Assembly (NCBI GenBank): GCA_026195275.1
Contig: JAPHQU010000004.1
Span: 3,119 to 67,118 of the forward strand
DNA from: Minisyncoccota bacterium
GTDB taxonomy: Bacteria; Patescibacteriota; Minisyncoccia; Phycocordibacterales; JABMNX01
Direction of reading: 5' to 3'
Length of the DNA: 64,000 nucleotides
The notes below the pieces were generated by a model. The model was not told where the DNA came from. It saw only the letters and a list, made by a program, of their open reading frames with translations, and searched no databases. Made by a program: the position numbers and the translations under genes. Below, in pieces: positions 36,589 through 45,635 of the stretch (its first letter is position 1; every line of letters starts with the position of its first letter).

Positions 36589-38844
36589 CTACCCTCGTCC
36601 TCTTTCGCCTGATTCATTCTCATCAACGTTCTCATAATCTTCTTCCTCTTCGGTGTCATAGTCTTCTTCTGGCGCTTCGTAGGACTCTTCAGTATCGTCT
36701 GTGCCGACAAGAATATCGCGCGGTTTTGAACCGTCTGCTGAGCCGATCACACCGCGCTCTTCAAGCATGTCCATAAGGCGCGCGGCACGCGCATAGCCAA
36801 CTCGAAGTTTTCGCTGGAGGTATGAGGTTGATGCTTTGCCCGCTTCAACAACGACATGGTACGCGTCTTCGTAGAGGTCGTCTTCGTCGTCGCTACCGTC
36901 AATCGTCGTCGCGAAGATCGAGTTGTCACCCTTTGCTTCGGTGAGATCGATTTCGCTTGGGAGTTCGTCTTCATAGTTTTTAGCGAGGAAATTTGCAACC
37001 TTCTTCACTTCATTCTCTGAGAGGAATGGTGACTGGATGCGGCGCGGCTTCGACATCTCGCCGGAGAGGTAGAGCATGTCACCGGCGCCGAGAAGCTTCT
37101 CGGCGCCGCCGGTATCAAGGATGGTGCGTGAGTCGATCTGGCTCGCGACCTGAAGCGCGATACGGGTCGGTACGTTTGCTTTGATAAGCCCGGTAATAAC
37201 CTGGACTGACGGACGTTGTGTCGAGAGGACAAGGTGGATGCCGACCGCACGGCTCATTTGAGCAAGGCGCACAATACCAGCCTCGAGCTCTCGTGGGTAG
37301 GTCTGCATAATGTCCGCGAGCTCATCAACAACAACGACGATATAGGGCATTGGCTCAGGCATCTCTTCTTCAGAAAGGTTTTTCTTCACTGCAGGTGCGA
37401 CCACGTTCTTGTGGTATGAGGCAATATCGCGCACCGACTCTGACTCAAGGATGTCGTAGCGTCGATCCATCTCGTTTGCGAGCCACTTGAGCGCAAGAAT
37501 AGTCTTCTTTGCATCAGTAATGACCGGAGTAAGGAGGTGTGGGATGTTTTTGTAGAGGGTAAGTTCAACACGCTTTGGATCGACCATTATGAGGCGGAGA
37601 TCCTGTGGTGACTTGCGGTACAGTAACGACATGATGAGGTTGTGGATCATCACCGACTTACCAGAGCCGGTGGTGCCGGCAATCAAGACGTGCGGCATCT
37701 TTCCTAGATCAGCAAAGTGCGATTCTCCGGTGATGTCGCGACCAAGTGCGACGAGGAGCGGTTTGTCGGTATCTTTGAAGTCACTTGCCGACAGAAGGGA
37801 AGCGAGCCCAACGGTTGATTTTGAATGATTTGGCACCTCGATACCCACGAGCGACTTGCCGGGGATTGGTGCCTCAATACGCACCGGGTGCGCAGCGAGG
37901 GCGAGTTCGAGATTATTTTGGAGTGTGAGGATCTTTGAGAGGCGTACACCTTCGGCGGGCTTAAGCGCGTAGCGGGTGACTGTCGGCCCGACAGATATTT
38001 CATCCATCTCTACGTTAATGCCAAAGTTCTGTAGCGTACGCTTGATGATGTTTGCGTTTGCTTTCACATCACCAACATCAGGCTTGCCTTTGTCTTTCTC
38101 GAGGAGTGAGAGTGGGGGAGTCTCGTAGTCGCCGTAGACCGGGTAGACTGATATCTCACCCTTTTTCTTACTGAAGCCAAACATACCTCGCTTCGGCTCG
38201 TCTTCAACCTCTTCATCTTCTTCTTCGTATTCTTCCTCATCTTCGTACTCCTCTTCAGGCTCATCTTCGTACTCCTCATCTTCGTCTGCGTAGGTCTCGA
38301 CATCGTACTCCTCATCTTCTTCTGTGGCTTCATCCTTACGTGAGAGGAGGCGTGAGAGGAGTGGAAGGGAAGACGGAGTTGGGAGGAAGTCGAACATAAT
38401 AACGAGCGAGAGAAGAGTGACCACTACGAGCACCAAGACGCTCGCATAGGTATCAAAGAGTGCGATAAGTGGCAGTCCAATAAAATGCCCCAAAATACCG
38501 CCGCGGCCGGGGAGTGCGATATCGATAAGCCCAAGTCCGGAAAAAAGAAACAAGACAGCGCTGATGATCTTAAGTGGTCCGTATGCATGCTCTAAGTCAC
38601 GAAAGAACGATGTCGCAAAGAAGAGGAGCACTGCTGGCAGCAGGAAGTAGCCAACACCGAGAAGGAATGAGAGTCCGCTGTAGGTCATCTCCCCTGCGAT
38701 CCCGGCAAGGTTGAATGCGGCAAGAATAAAGAAGAGCGTGACCGAGAGGAAGACGATGCCCCAGATGCCGCGGACAGTCTCTTCTTTTAGTTCAGCAAAA
38801 ATATTTGAATATTCGGATTCCTTTTTCTTTTTTTTTGGTGCCAT
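36589..38844 (-). CDS. ftsK: DNA translocase FtsK/SpoIIIE with a highly acidic linker
   Basis: N-terminal TM region, acidic linker EEDEEYDVETYADEDEEYEDEPEEEYEDEEEYEEEDEE, motor domain with GTTGSGKS Walker A, and a C-terminal gamma wHTH. Confidence 0.9.
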   Translation of the reverse strand: MAPKKKKKESEYSNIFAELKEETVRGIWGIVFLSVTLFFILAAFNLAGIAGEMTYSGLSFLLGVGYFLLPAVLLFFATSFFRDLEHAYGPLKIISAVLFLFSGLGLIDIALPGRGGILGHFIGLPLIALFDTYASVLVLVVVTLLSLVIMFDFLPTPSSLPLLSRLLSRKDEATEEDEEYDVETYADEDEEYEDEPEEEYEDEEEYEEEDEEVEDEPKRGMFGFSKKKGEISVYPVYGDYETPPLSLLEKDKGKPDVGDVKANANIIKRTLQNFGINVEMDEISVGPTVTRYALKPAEGVRLSKILTLQNNLELALAAHPVRIEAPIPGKSLVGIEVPNHSKSTVGLASLLSASDFKDTDKPLLVALGRDITGESHFADLGKMPHVLIAGTTGSGKSVMIHNLIMSLLYRKSPQDLRLIMVDPKRVELTLYKNIPHLLTPVITDAKKTILALKWLANEMDRRYDILESESVRDIASYHKNVVAPAVKKNLSEEEMPEPMPYIVVVVDELADIMQTYPRELEAGIVRLAQMSRAVGIHLVLSTQRPSVQVITGLIKANVPTRIALQVASQIDSRTILDTGGAEKLLGAGDMLYLSGEMSKPRRIQSPFLSENEVKKVANFLAKNYEDELPSEIDLTEAKGDNSIFATTIDGSDDEDDLYEDAYHVVVEAGKASTSYLQRKLRVGYARAARLMDMLEERGVIGSADGSKPRDILVGTDDTEESYEAPEEDYDTEEEEDYENVDENESGERGRG

Positions 38845-38880
38845 CTCTTAGATTTTATTATGAGTGAAGCGAATTAAAAA

Positions 38881-38951
38881 ATCTTAGACCCCGTGAAATG
38901 CGCCGGCTCGCCGGCGCACCTCCGCCCAAAGGCGGAGGATTTCACTGGGGG
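38881..38951 (-). ncRNA. Conserved structured leader module in the ftsK 5' UTR (three-way-junction-like; paralog of the rplJ leader module at 50916..50975)
   Basis: On the ftsK sense strand: CCCCAGUGAAAUCC-[hairpin]-[hairpin]-GCAUUUCACGGGGUCUAAGAU. The outer 11-bp stem and flanks are identical to the rplJ copy; inner hairpins differ but still pair (covariation). Confidence 0.55.
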
Positions 38952-38978
38952 TTGGTTCATGTTTTATACAGATTTTCA

Positions 38979-38990
38979 TCGATTATACCA
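38979..38990 (-). promoter_or_regulatory. Extended -10 promoter (TGGTATAAT) for ftsK, ~28 nt upstream of the leader module
   Basis: Minus-strand sequence ...TCGTGGTATAATCGATG... No good -35. Confidence 0.4.
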
Positions 38991-39256
38991 CGATGTACAC
39001 GCAGTTTTCAGGTGTACAACGGTGGAATGAATAAAGAGTAAGAAGTTGAGGGGTGTGTAAGGAAAGGGCGACGAGCCGCATGCCCAATGCTCTCTATTTT
39101 TTGGGTGCATCTTCCTAACTCTTCATTCGTATTTCGTAATGTCTCAGAGGGGTTGTGTTCAAGCTTGTCCTATATATAATGGACATATGTAGATGTCTTT
39201 ATATAAAGGACATATAAAAGACAGTATAAAGGACACAATAAAGGTCAAAAGAGTCT

Positions 39257-40027
39257 ATGAGCCCACAAAAGAAAAACCAAGCACTCTTGCAGAACACGCA
39301 CGGCATTGATATTGAAGCCGTAGGACCTTTTGGAAACAACACCGCTGGTGTCCATGTGTACAAAAGGACAGAAAAGATTGTCGCCGCTCTATATCTCGTG
39401 ACAAATTTTGTCCCTGAGAGCGAGCCGGCACGACGTGTGATAAGAGACAAGTCAATCCACATTCTCTCTGATGTCCTTGAGCTTCGCTCAGGTTTTGGCT
39501 CTGCCGGGTCAGAAGGGGTTGAGCGGATCGTCGCATCGATTTGCGAGATAGTCTCTCTTCTTGATGTGGTACGCATTGCGGGGTTCGTTTCAGAGATGAA
39601 CGCAGAGATCCTCAAGCGTGAGCTCAACAACCTTGTAATCTTTTTGCGCGGCGTGAGTAAGAGCGGCGATGCTGAAAAGGTCACTTTCGATGCGGGTGAT
39701 TTTGACACTGATTATAAAGGACATAAAAAGGACACCGTTATGTCCTTTTATTCTACAAAGGACAAACATATTTCTTCAGGATCAAAAAAACGTACAGTGC
39801 GGCAGACGCAGGGGGGAGCAAAAAAAGCACAGGAGCGTAGCGATAGGCGGGATCAGATACTTGGTGTCGTAAAGGACAAAAAACAGGTGACGATAAAGGA
39901 CATAATTGAAACCATTACCGACTGTAGCAGCAAGACGATTCAACGTGAACTCATTGCACTTGTTGAGAGTGGTGTCCTTAAGAAAGAAGGAGAGCGGAGG
40001 TGGAGCACATATTCGCTTAAGAGTTAA
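39257..40027 (+). CDS. Putative transcriptional regulator with a C-terminal winged-helix DNA-binding domain (N-terminal all-alpha domain, possibly HEPN-like)
   Basis: C-terminus QVTIKDIIETITDCSSKTIQRELIALVESGVLKKEGERRWSTYSL is a typical wHTH. The N-terminal domain has an R-x4-H motif (RDKSIH). Confidence 0.5.
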   Translation: MSPQKKNQALLQNTHGIDIEAVGPFGNNTAGVHVYKRTEKIVAALYLVTNFVPESEPARRVIRDKSIHILSDVLELRSGFGSAGSEGVERIVASICEIVSLLDVVRIAGFVSEMNAEILKRELNNLVIFLRGVSKSGDAEKVTFDAGDFDTDYKGHKKDTVMSFYSTKDKHISSGSKKRTVRQTQGGAKKAQERSDRRDQILGVVKDKKQVTIKDIIETITDCSSKTIQRELIALVESGVLKKEGERRWSTYSLKS

Positions 40028-40048
40028 GAATAATGAGGAATTAAGGTG

Positions 40049-40078
40049 AAAACCGCCGCAGGGTTTGCGGCGGTTTTG
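40049..40078 (+). terminator. Rho-independent terminator
   Basis: AAAACCGCCGCAGGGTTTGCGGCGGTTTT. Confidence 0.7.
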
Positions 40079-40829
40079 TTGTTGTTAAAATCCGATAAGC
40101 GTGCTGTAGGCGTGTTGTATGAAATATCTTTGTTTCTAGCCGTATATACCCAATACCCAATACATGACCTCTAATCCCTCACGACGCGTTGACTTTTTGA
40201 GTGAAAAGCGTAGTATGTACAGCAATGGATGTTAGCGAACACCCAACCCTGAAATAGGGGATAAGCGGGCCGAATACGGTCCTCTTTGTTGTTGTGTTTG
40301 TTTCCGTGGAGTGGATCTCCACAAAAGGACGTTGTCCTTTTATCCACACATACTGTTTTGTGAGTACATTCAAGACGGATATAATTTGCTTAAGCAGTCT
40401 CGCAGGTGCGAGATGTGAATTGGGCGAACCATCAGTTACGAATTGCACGCAACAGTATCGGGCAGATCGTTGACAATTTCATACAGTTCAGAAGCAGCAT
40501 GCTCTCGCCGAGCGACTTTGTCGTTTTGTGGGTGCATACGTTACAGATACACCAGTACCACCACGGAAGCTTTGAAGTCCGCATGACAGACTAAACACTC
40601 TTGCCTGCTAAACTCGTCCCTTGTCGATATTCAGAGGCGAGATTAGTGAAGGAAAAATATCGCATGTGAACAGCTTCACTGCTCGGTCGCAAAACAGAGC
40701 ACGGAGTTGAACACAGAAAAGGACGGACATATTTTTGGTCGAAAGAAAATAGGTCCGTACCTAAATGACGTTTGTGTGTCTGTCGACACACAGGCACACA
40801 AAGGCATTTATAGGAAATTAAAGGTCACT

Positions 40830-43800
40830 ATGATTAACACATTAGAAACACGAAAAGTTGTAACAGCGCTTATCGTTGTTGCAATGATCTTCGGTGCACT
40901 CTTCGCATTCACTACCGTGAAGGCGCAGGCGCTCACCGAGGCTCAGATTCAGTCGATCCTCTCGCTCCTCTCATCATTTGGAGCTGAGCAGGCAACTATC
41001 GACAATGTTGACGCTTCCCTCCGTGGACAGCCAACATCAGGAACCGGATCAACAGGAGGAACGACAGCATGTTCGTTCACACGATCACTTACGATCGGTG
41101 CAACAGGTGCTGACGTGACATGTCTTCAGACATACCTTGAAGGTACTGGACACTTCACGTGGACAGGTGCCAAGGGTTACTTCGGTACTATTACCCAGTC
41201 AGCTGTAGCCGCATGGCAGGCAGCAAACGGAGTCTCACCAGCAGTTGGATACTTCGGCCCAATTTCACAGGCGAAGTACACAGCAGTAGCAGGAACAACT
41301 GGTGGCACCACAGGTGGCACCACTACTCCCGCACCAACAGGAACAGGACTCTCAGTTGCAGCAGCAGCACAGCCAGCAGCATCACTCGCGCCAAATAGCG
41401 CGGCACGCGTACCATTCACAAAGTTCACGGTTACCGCCGGAACTGACGGAGCGGTTACGATGAACAGCGTTACTGTTGAGCGAACAGGTCTCGGAGCAGA
41501 CGCATCATTCTCAGGAGTAGTTCTTCTTGATCAGGATGGTACACAGCTCGGAACCGCGAAGACATTCAACTCAAACCACCAGGCAACAATTGGTGAGGAT
41601 GTAGTAGTCCCAGCAGGGTCAACCCGCACCTTCACCGTTGCAGGTAACATGGCTTCAGACAACTCTACCCGAGCGGGACAGGTTGTTGGAATCAATGTAG
41701 TTGCGGTTAACACCTCAGCTGCGGTTTCAGGTTCACTTCCAATCACTGGAGCAATGCACACCATCAACGCAACCCTTTCACTTGGGTCAGTAACGATGGC
41801 AGTGTCTTCATTCGACCCGAACTCAGCACAGACCAAGGAGATCGGATCAACCGGCGTACGATTCGCTGGAATCCAGATCACTGCAGGTTCAGCAGAGGAC
41901 GTTCGAATCAAGAACATCCGATGGAACCAGTCAGGTTCAGCAGGAAAGGATGATATCGCAAACGTAGTTACTGTTGCAAACGGAGTAGCGTACCCAACCA
42001 CAGTTTCATCTGATGGTAAGTACTACACAACTTCATTTGGAAACGGTATTGTTATCGGAAAGGGTAACAACATCGATATCTACGTAAAGGGTGACATCAT
42101 CGGTGGTTCAAACCGAACAGTCATCTTCGACATCTACAAGACGACTGATCTCTACATCACCGGAGAAACCTACGGATACGGAATCACACCTCCAGCAGGA
42201 AGTGGTACTGCAGCAACGACTTCATCAGTCTTCACTGCAGGGACTCCGTTCTTCGACAACGCAACAATGACGATCTCAGCTGGATCAGCTTCAACGATCC
42301 AGAAAGCGATCTCAGTTGCGTCACAGAACATTGCTGTCAACGTTCCAAATCAGCCACTTGGCGGATTTGAGACCGACATCAAGGGTGAAGCGATCAACAT
42401 TGCAGGTTTGACCGTTACGGTTGCAACCTCATCAGGATCAGGAACAGGAGTCTTGACCAACGTATCAATCGTTGATCAGAACGGCTCAGTTGTTGCAGGT
42501 CCAGTTGACGCGGACACCGCAGGAACTTCATTAGTCTTCACCGACTCAATGACCCTTCCAACAGGAAAGATGGTCTACACCATCAAGGGTAAGGTAGCTT
42601 CAGCTATCGGAAACGGTACTGTCTACACCCTTTCTGTTACCCCTTCTGGCTGGACAACTCCAGTTGGAAACGTAACGGGAGACTCAATCACGATTTCACA
42701 GGGAGTATTCACGCTTAACCCAATGACGGTTAAGGCGGCTGACCTCAACGTGAGCGTGGCACCAAACCCAGTTGCACAGAACATTGTGGCAGGAGCGCAG
42801 GGTTACACCTTCGCGAACTACCAGTTCGACGCAACGCAGTCAGGTGAGGATGTACGATTCTCATCAATGGTTGGATTGCTTAACGGCAGCACAAACGCTA
42901 CCGCAGGTGCGTACAGCAACTTGACGTCATGTCAGTTGTGGGATGGTTCAACTGCGTTGAACGGCGGTTCAAACGTAGTTAATCCGACAGCAGCTGCAAC
43001 ATCATCTGCAAGCACCAACACCTTTACCTTCGACAACACTCTTACTGTTGCAAAGGGAACGGTTAAAACATTGGCACTCAAGTGTAACCTCTCAAGCTCA
43101 GCTGATACGGCTTCGACCTATCAGTGGGGTATTGCAGCAGTTGACGCTAACATCTCAGTTACCGGTGTAACCTCATCGGTTGCAGTTACAGAGGACGTTA
43201 CCGCATCTAACGGTCAGCTTATGACCGCAGCAGCAGGAACCCTCGTAGCTTCAGAAGACGCATCAAGTCCTTCATACGCAATTGTGAAGGCAGGATCAAC
43301 TGGAGTAACAAATGGAATCATCAACTTCCACGCTGCAAACGAATCAGTAACGATCCAGCGCATTGGTCTTACCCTTACGAATGCAACCGCATCATCAACC
43401 TCAAGCGACCTCGTACGAGCAACCTTGTGGGATGGTTCAACCATGATTGGTGACGCATACTTCGTAGGTGCAAACACCAACGCAACGTCAACTCTTTCAA
43501 CACCGGTAACGGTCGCGAAGGACTCTGACAAGGACATTACCGTTAAGCTTGACCTTGCATCAGTTGGCGCAAGCCAGTCTGGTAACCAGGGAGCGCTTAT
43601 CGCAGTCGATGTTGACACCAACGGAACCAACACCCAAGGTGTTGGAACCTCAGGAACCACCATCAACGCATCAGGTTCAACTTCGTTCTCAGGAGTACGT
43701 ATGTTCTCATCGTACCCAACGATTACCAAGCAGGCTGTTCCATCAACCGCCTTGGTTAACGGAGTCATGGATCTTTACCGATTCAGCGTAACGGCGAGCG

Positions 43801-44321
43801 CCGGAGGAAATGGAGTTGGTATCCACCAGTTCACCATCAACCTCTCAACCTCATCAGCAAGCGCTGTATCAGGTACAACCACAGTTACATTGGTAGACGT
43901 ATACGCGTACACCGATGCGAGCTACTCAACGCCTGTATCAGGCTACACGAGCGGTAAAGTTATTACCCAACTCGCAAGCCTCGCAGGTTCTGGAGACAAT
44001 GACGCACAGTTGTCATCAATCCTCCAGATCCCAGCAGGAGCTACCTACTACTTCCGAGTAACAGGTACAGTTACATTGACGGCAGGAACAGGAACCTTCT
44101 CAGGATCGGTTACAACCCGACTTGGAGGTGACTCAACCTACCCATCACTGTCAACACTCATGGGAGCACAGGCGTCAGTTGACGGAACAAGTCCGGACAA
44201 CTTTGTGTGGTCGCCAAACGCGACAACAACGTCAGCAGCAGGTCATGTTGACTGGACAAACGGTTACTTCATCTCAGGACTTCCATCGGATGGTTCAGAG
44301 GTCGTAACATTGTCTAAATAG
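40830..44321 (+). CDS. Giant secreted cell-surface protein: signal peptide + peptidoglycan-binding domain + ~1000 aa of Ser/Thr/Gly/Ala-rich Ig-like repeats
   Basis: Signal peptide MINTLETRKVVTALIVVAMIFGALFAFTTVKAQA. PG_binding_1-like motif LTIGATGADVTCLQTYLEG...GYFGTITQSAVAAWQAANG. The remainder is low-complexity beta-rich repeats. Confidence 0.7.
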   Translation: MINTLETRKVVTALIVVAMIFGALFAFTTVKAQALTEAQIQSILSLLSSFGAEQATIDNVDASLRGQPTSGTGSTGGTTACSFTRSLTIGATGADVTCLQTYLEGTGHFTWTGAKGYFGTITQSAVAAWQAANGVSPAVGYFGPISQAKYTAVAGTTGGTTGGTTTPAPTGTGLSVAAAAQPAASLAPNSAARVPFTKFTVTAGTDGAVTMNSVTVERTGLGADASFSGVVLLDQDGTQLGTAKTFNSNHQATIGEDVVVPAGSTRTFTVAGNMASDNSTRAGQVVGINVVAVNTSAAVSGSLPITGAMHTINATLSLGSVTMAVSSFDPNSAQTKEIGSTGVRFAGIQITAGSAEDVRIKNIRWNQSGSAGKDDIANVVTVANGVAYPTTVSSDGKYYTTSFGNGIVIGKGNNIDIYVKGDIIGGSNRTVIFDIYKTTDLYITGETYGYGITPPAGSGTAATTSSVFTAGTPFFDNATMTISAGSASTIQKAISVASQNIAVNVPNQPLGGFETDIKGEAINIAGLTVTVATSSGSGTGVLTNVSIVDQNGSVVAGPVDADTAGTSLVFTDSMTLPTGKMVYTIKGKVASAIGNGTVYTLSVTPSGWTTPVGNVTGDSITISQGVFTLNPMTVKAADLNVSVAPNPVAQNIVAGAQGYTFANYQFDATQSGEDVRFSSMVGLLNGSTNATAGAYSNLTSCQLWDGSTALNGGSNVVNPTAAATSSASTNTFTFDNTLTVAKGTVKTLALKCNLSSSADTASTYQWGIAAVDANISVTGVTSSVAVTEDVTASNGQLMTAAAGTLVASEDASSPSYAIVKAGSTGVTNGIINFHAANESVTIQRIGLTLTNATASSTSSDLVRATLWDGSTMIGDAYFVGANTNATSTLSTPVTVAKDSDKDITVKLDLASVGASQSGNQGALIAVDVDTNGTNTQGVGTSGTTINASGSTSFSGVRMFSSYPTITKQAVPSTALVNGVMDLYRFSVTASAGGNGVGIHQFTINLSTSSASAVSGTTTVTLVDVYAYTDASYSTPVSGYTSGKVITQLASLAGSGDNDAQLSSILQIPAGATYYFRVTGTVTLTAGTGTFSGSVTTRLGGDSTYPSLSTLMGAQASVDGTSPDNFVWSPNATTTSAAGHVDWTNGYFISGLPSDGSEVVTLSK

Positions 44322-44397
44322 TCAGCAATGACTAACAACTAGGTGGTTCGCTAACACAATCCTCCTAGTCGGCTAGACCGAGCAATCGGCCAAGCTA

Positions 44398-44430
44398 GCA
44401 AAAACCCCCTACTTCGGTAGGGGGTTTTTG
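44398..44430 (+). terminator. Rho-independent terminator
   Basis: AAAACCCCCTACTTCGGTAGGGGGTTTTT. Confidence 0.75.
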
Positions 44431-44466
44431 CGTTGCCATTTCTCCCTTCTCACACACCTTCCACAA

Positions 44467-44495
44467 AAATCTTGACGTCGGACGTCAAGATTTTT
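44467..44495. repeat. REP-like palindrome copy 1: AAAATCTTGACGTCGGACGTCAAGATTTT
   Basis: Perfect 11-bp inverted repeat around a central G, with A/T flanks. Four copies lie within 2 kb around a RAYT gene. Confidence 0.8.
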
Positions 44496-44589
44496 GTACA
44501 TGAAGGGTGGTTAAGGGTGATTTTGTGTGCATTGCATGGCGCGTGCGTTTCCCATACAATGTCTTCATATGTTCAATCAGGAAAACACT

Positions 44590-45354
44590 ATGAAAAAGAA
44601 TCTATTTATTGGCGCAGGTGTAGTGGCGTTGCTTGTGCTCGCAGCTGCCGGCTACTGGTACATGAAAGCGGGGGATACCACTACTCCACCAGAAGACGGC
44701 ACTACCGTCATCGAAGGAGGGGAGAATCGCATTGAGTTTGATGACACGCTTATCGAAAAGGTCGCACATCCACCGCTCGATCGCACCGTTGCCTTTTCAT
44801 CAACTCTCCCCCAGGATGCGCGTACTGCTCTTGAGACCAATATTGCGAAGCTTGTGGGTCAGCTCGAGGATGACTCGGAGAACTATGGTGCATGGCTCGA
44901 CCTTGCACTTATGTACAAGACGTCAGGTGACTACGAAGGTGCCGTTGAGATCTGGGAGTACATCGCGCAAGTGGTCCCCGGAGAATCAGTCTCGTACCAC
45001 AACCTCGGCAACTACTACCACCACGAAGTGGAAGATTTCGTGACCGCAGAGTCATACTTCAAGCAGGCAATCGAGCGAAATCCCGGTCAATCGATTCACT
45101 ACCAGGCACTCTTTGAACTCTACCGATACTCGTACAAGACCGACACTAACCTTGCAGAAGAGACTCTTAAAGAGGGGATTAGTGCGGTAGGGAATAGCAT
45201 CGACCTTCTCATCTCACTTGGGCGTTTCTACAAAGAGACCGGACGAACTGAGGAGGCTAAGCAGACGTACCTCGAAGTGCGGAGTAAAGCAGAGGCCGCT
45301 GGCAATGAGAACTTGGTGCAATCGGTTGATGCTGAGCTAGAGGGTCTCTACTAG
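44590..45354 (+). CDS. TPR-repeat protein with N-terminal signal/TM anchor
   Basis: MKKNLFIGAGVVALLVLAAAGYWY, then TPR-like helices (GAWLDLALMYKTSGDYEGAVEIWEYIAQ...). Confidence 0.6.
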   Translation: MKKNLFIGAGVVALLVLAAAGYWYMKAGDTTTPPEDGTTVIEGGENRIEFDDTLIEKVAHPPLDRTVAFSSTLPQDARTALETNIAKLVGQLEDDSENYGAWLDLALMYKTSGDYEGAVEIWEYIAQVVPGESVSYHNLGNYYHHEVEDFVTAESYFKQAIERNPGQSIHYQALFELYRYSYKTDTNLAEETLKEGISAVGNSIDLLISLGRFYKETGRTEEAKQTYLEVRSKAEAAGNENLVQSVDAELEGLY

Positions 45355-45547
45355 GAAGATGAAACCGCTTACAAACACAACCTTCTTCAAATTCCTCTTC
45401 GGCTTTCTTGCGCTGCTTTTCTTGAGCTTCATCATAACCGGCGCTGTCGCCCACTTCGCAGGGGACAGTGTCGACCCGGCCACTCAATCTGCCTGCGACC
45501 AAGGCAGCGACTGTTGATCCGCTCTGCTTCATTACCTTATTTCACAC

Positions 45548-45576
45548 AAAATCTTGACGTCCGACGTCAAGATTTT
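45548..45576. repeat. REP-like palindrome copy 2 (central C, i.e. opposite orientation)
   Basis: AAAATCTTGACGTCCGACGTCAAGATTTT. Confidence 0.8.
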
Positions 45577-45635
45577 TTCTTCCCTTTCTATTATGAAGAT
45601 ATCAGCTAGGTATTAACTGTAGGATATGTCTAATC

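Noticed and set aside
44433-44735. ORFs 44433..44735 (+) and 46408..46677 (-) whose translations contain KILTSDVKI
   Set aside because: The peptide is simply the translation of the REP palindrome (AAAATCTTGACGTCGGACGTCAAGATTTT). The ORFs are read-through of intergenic repeats.
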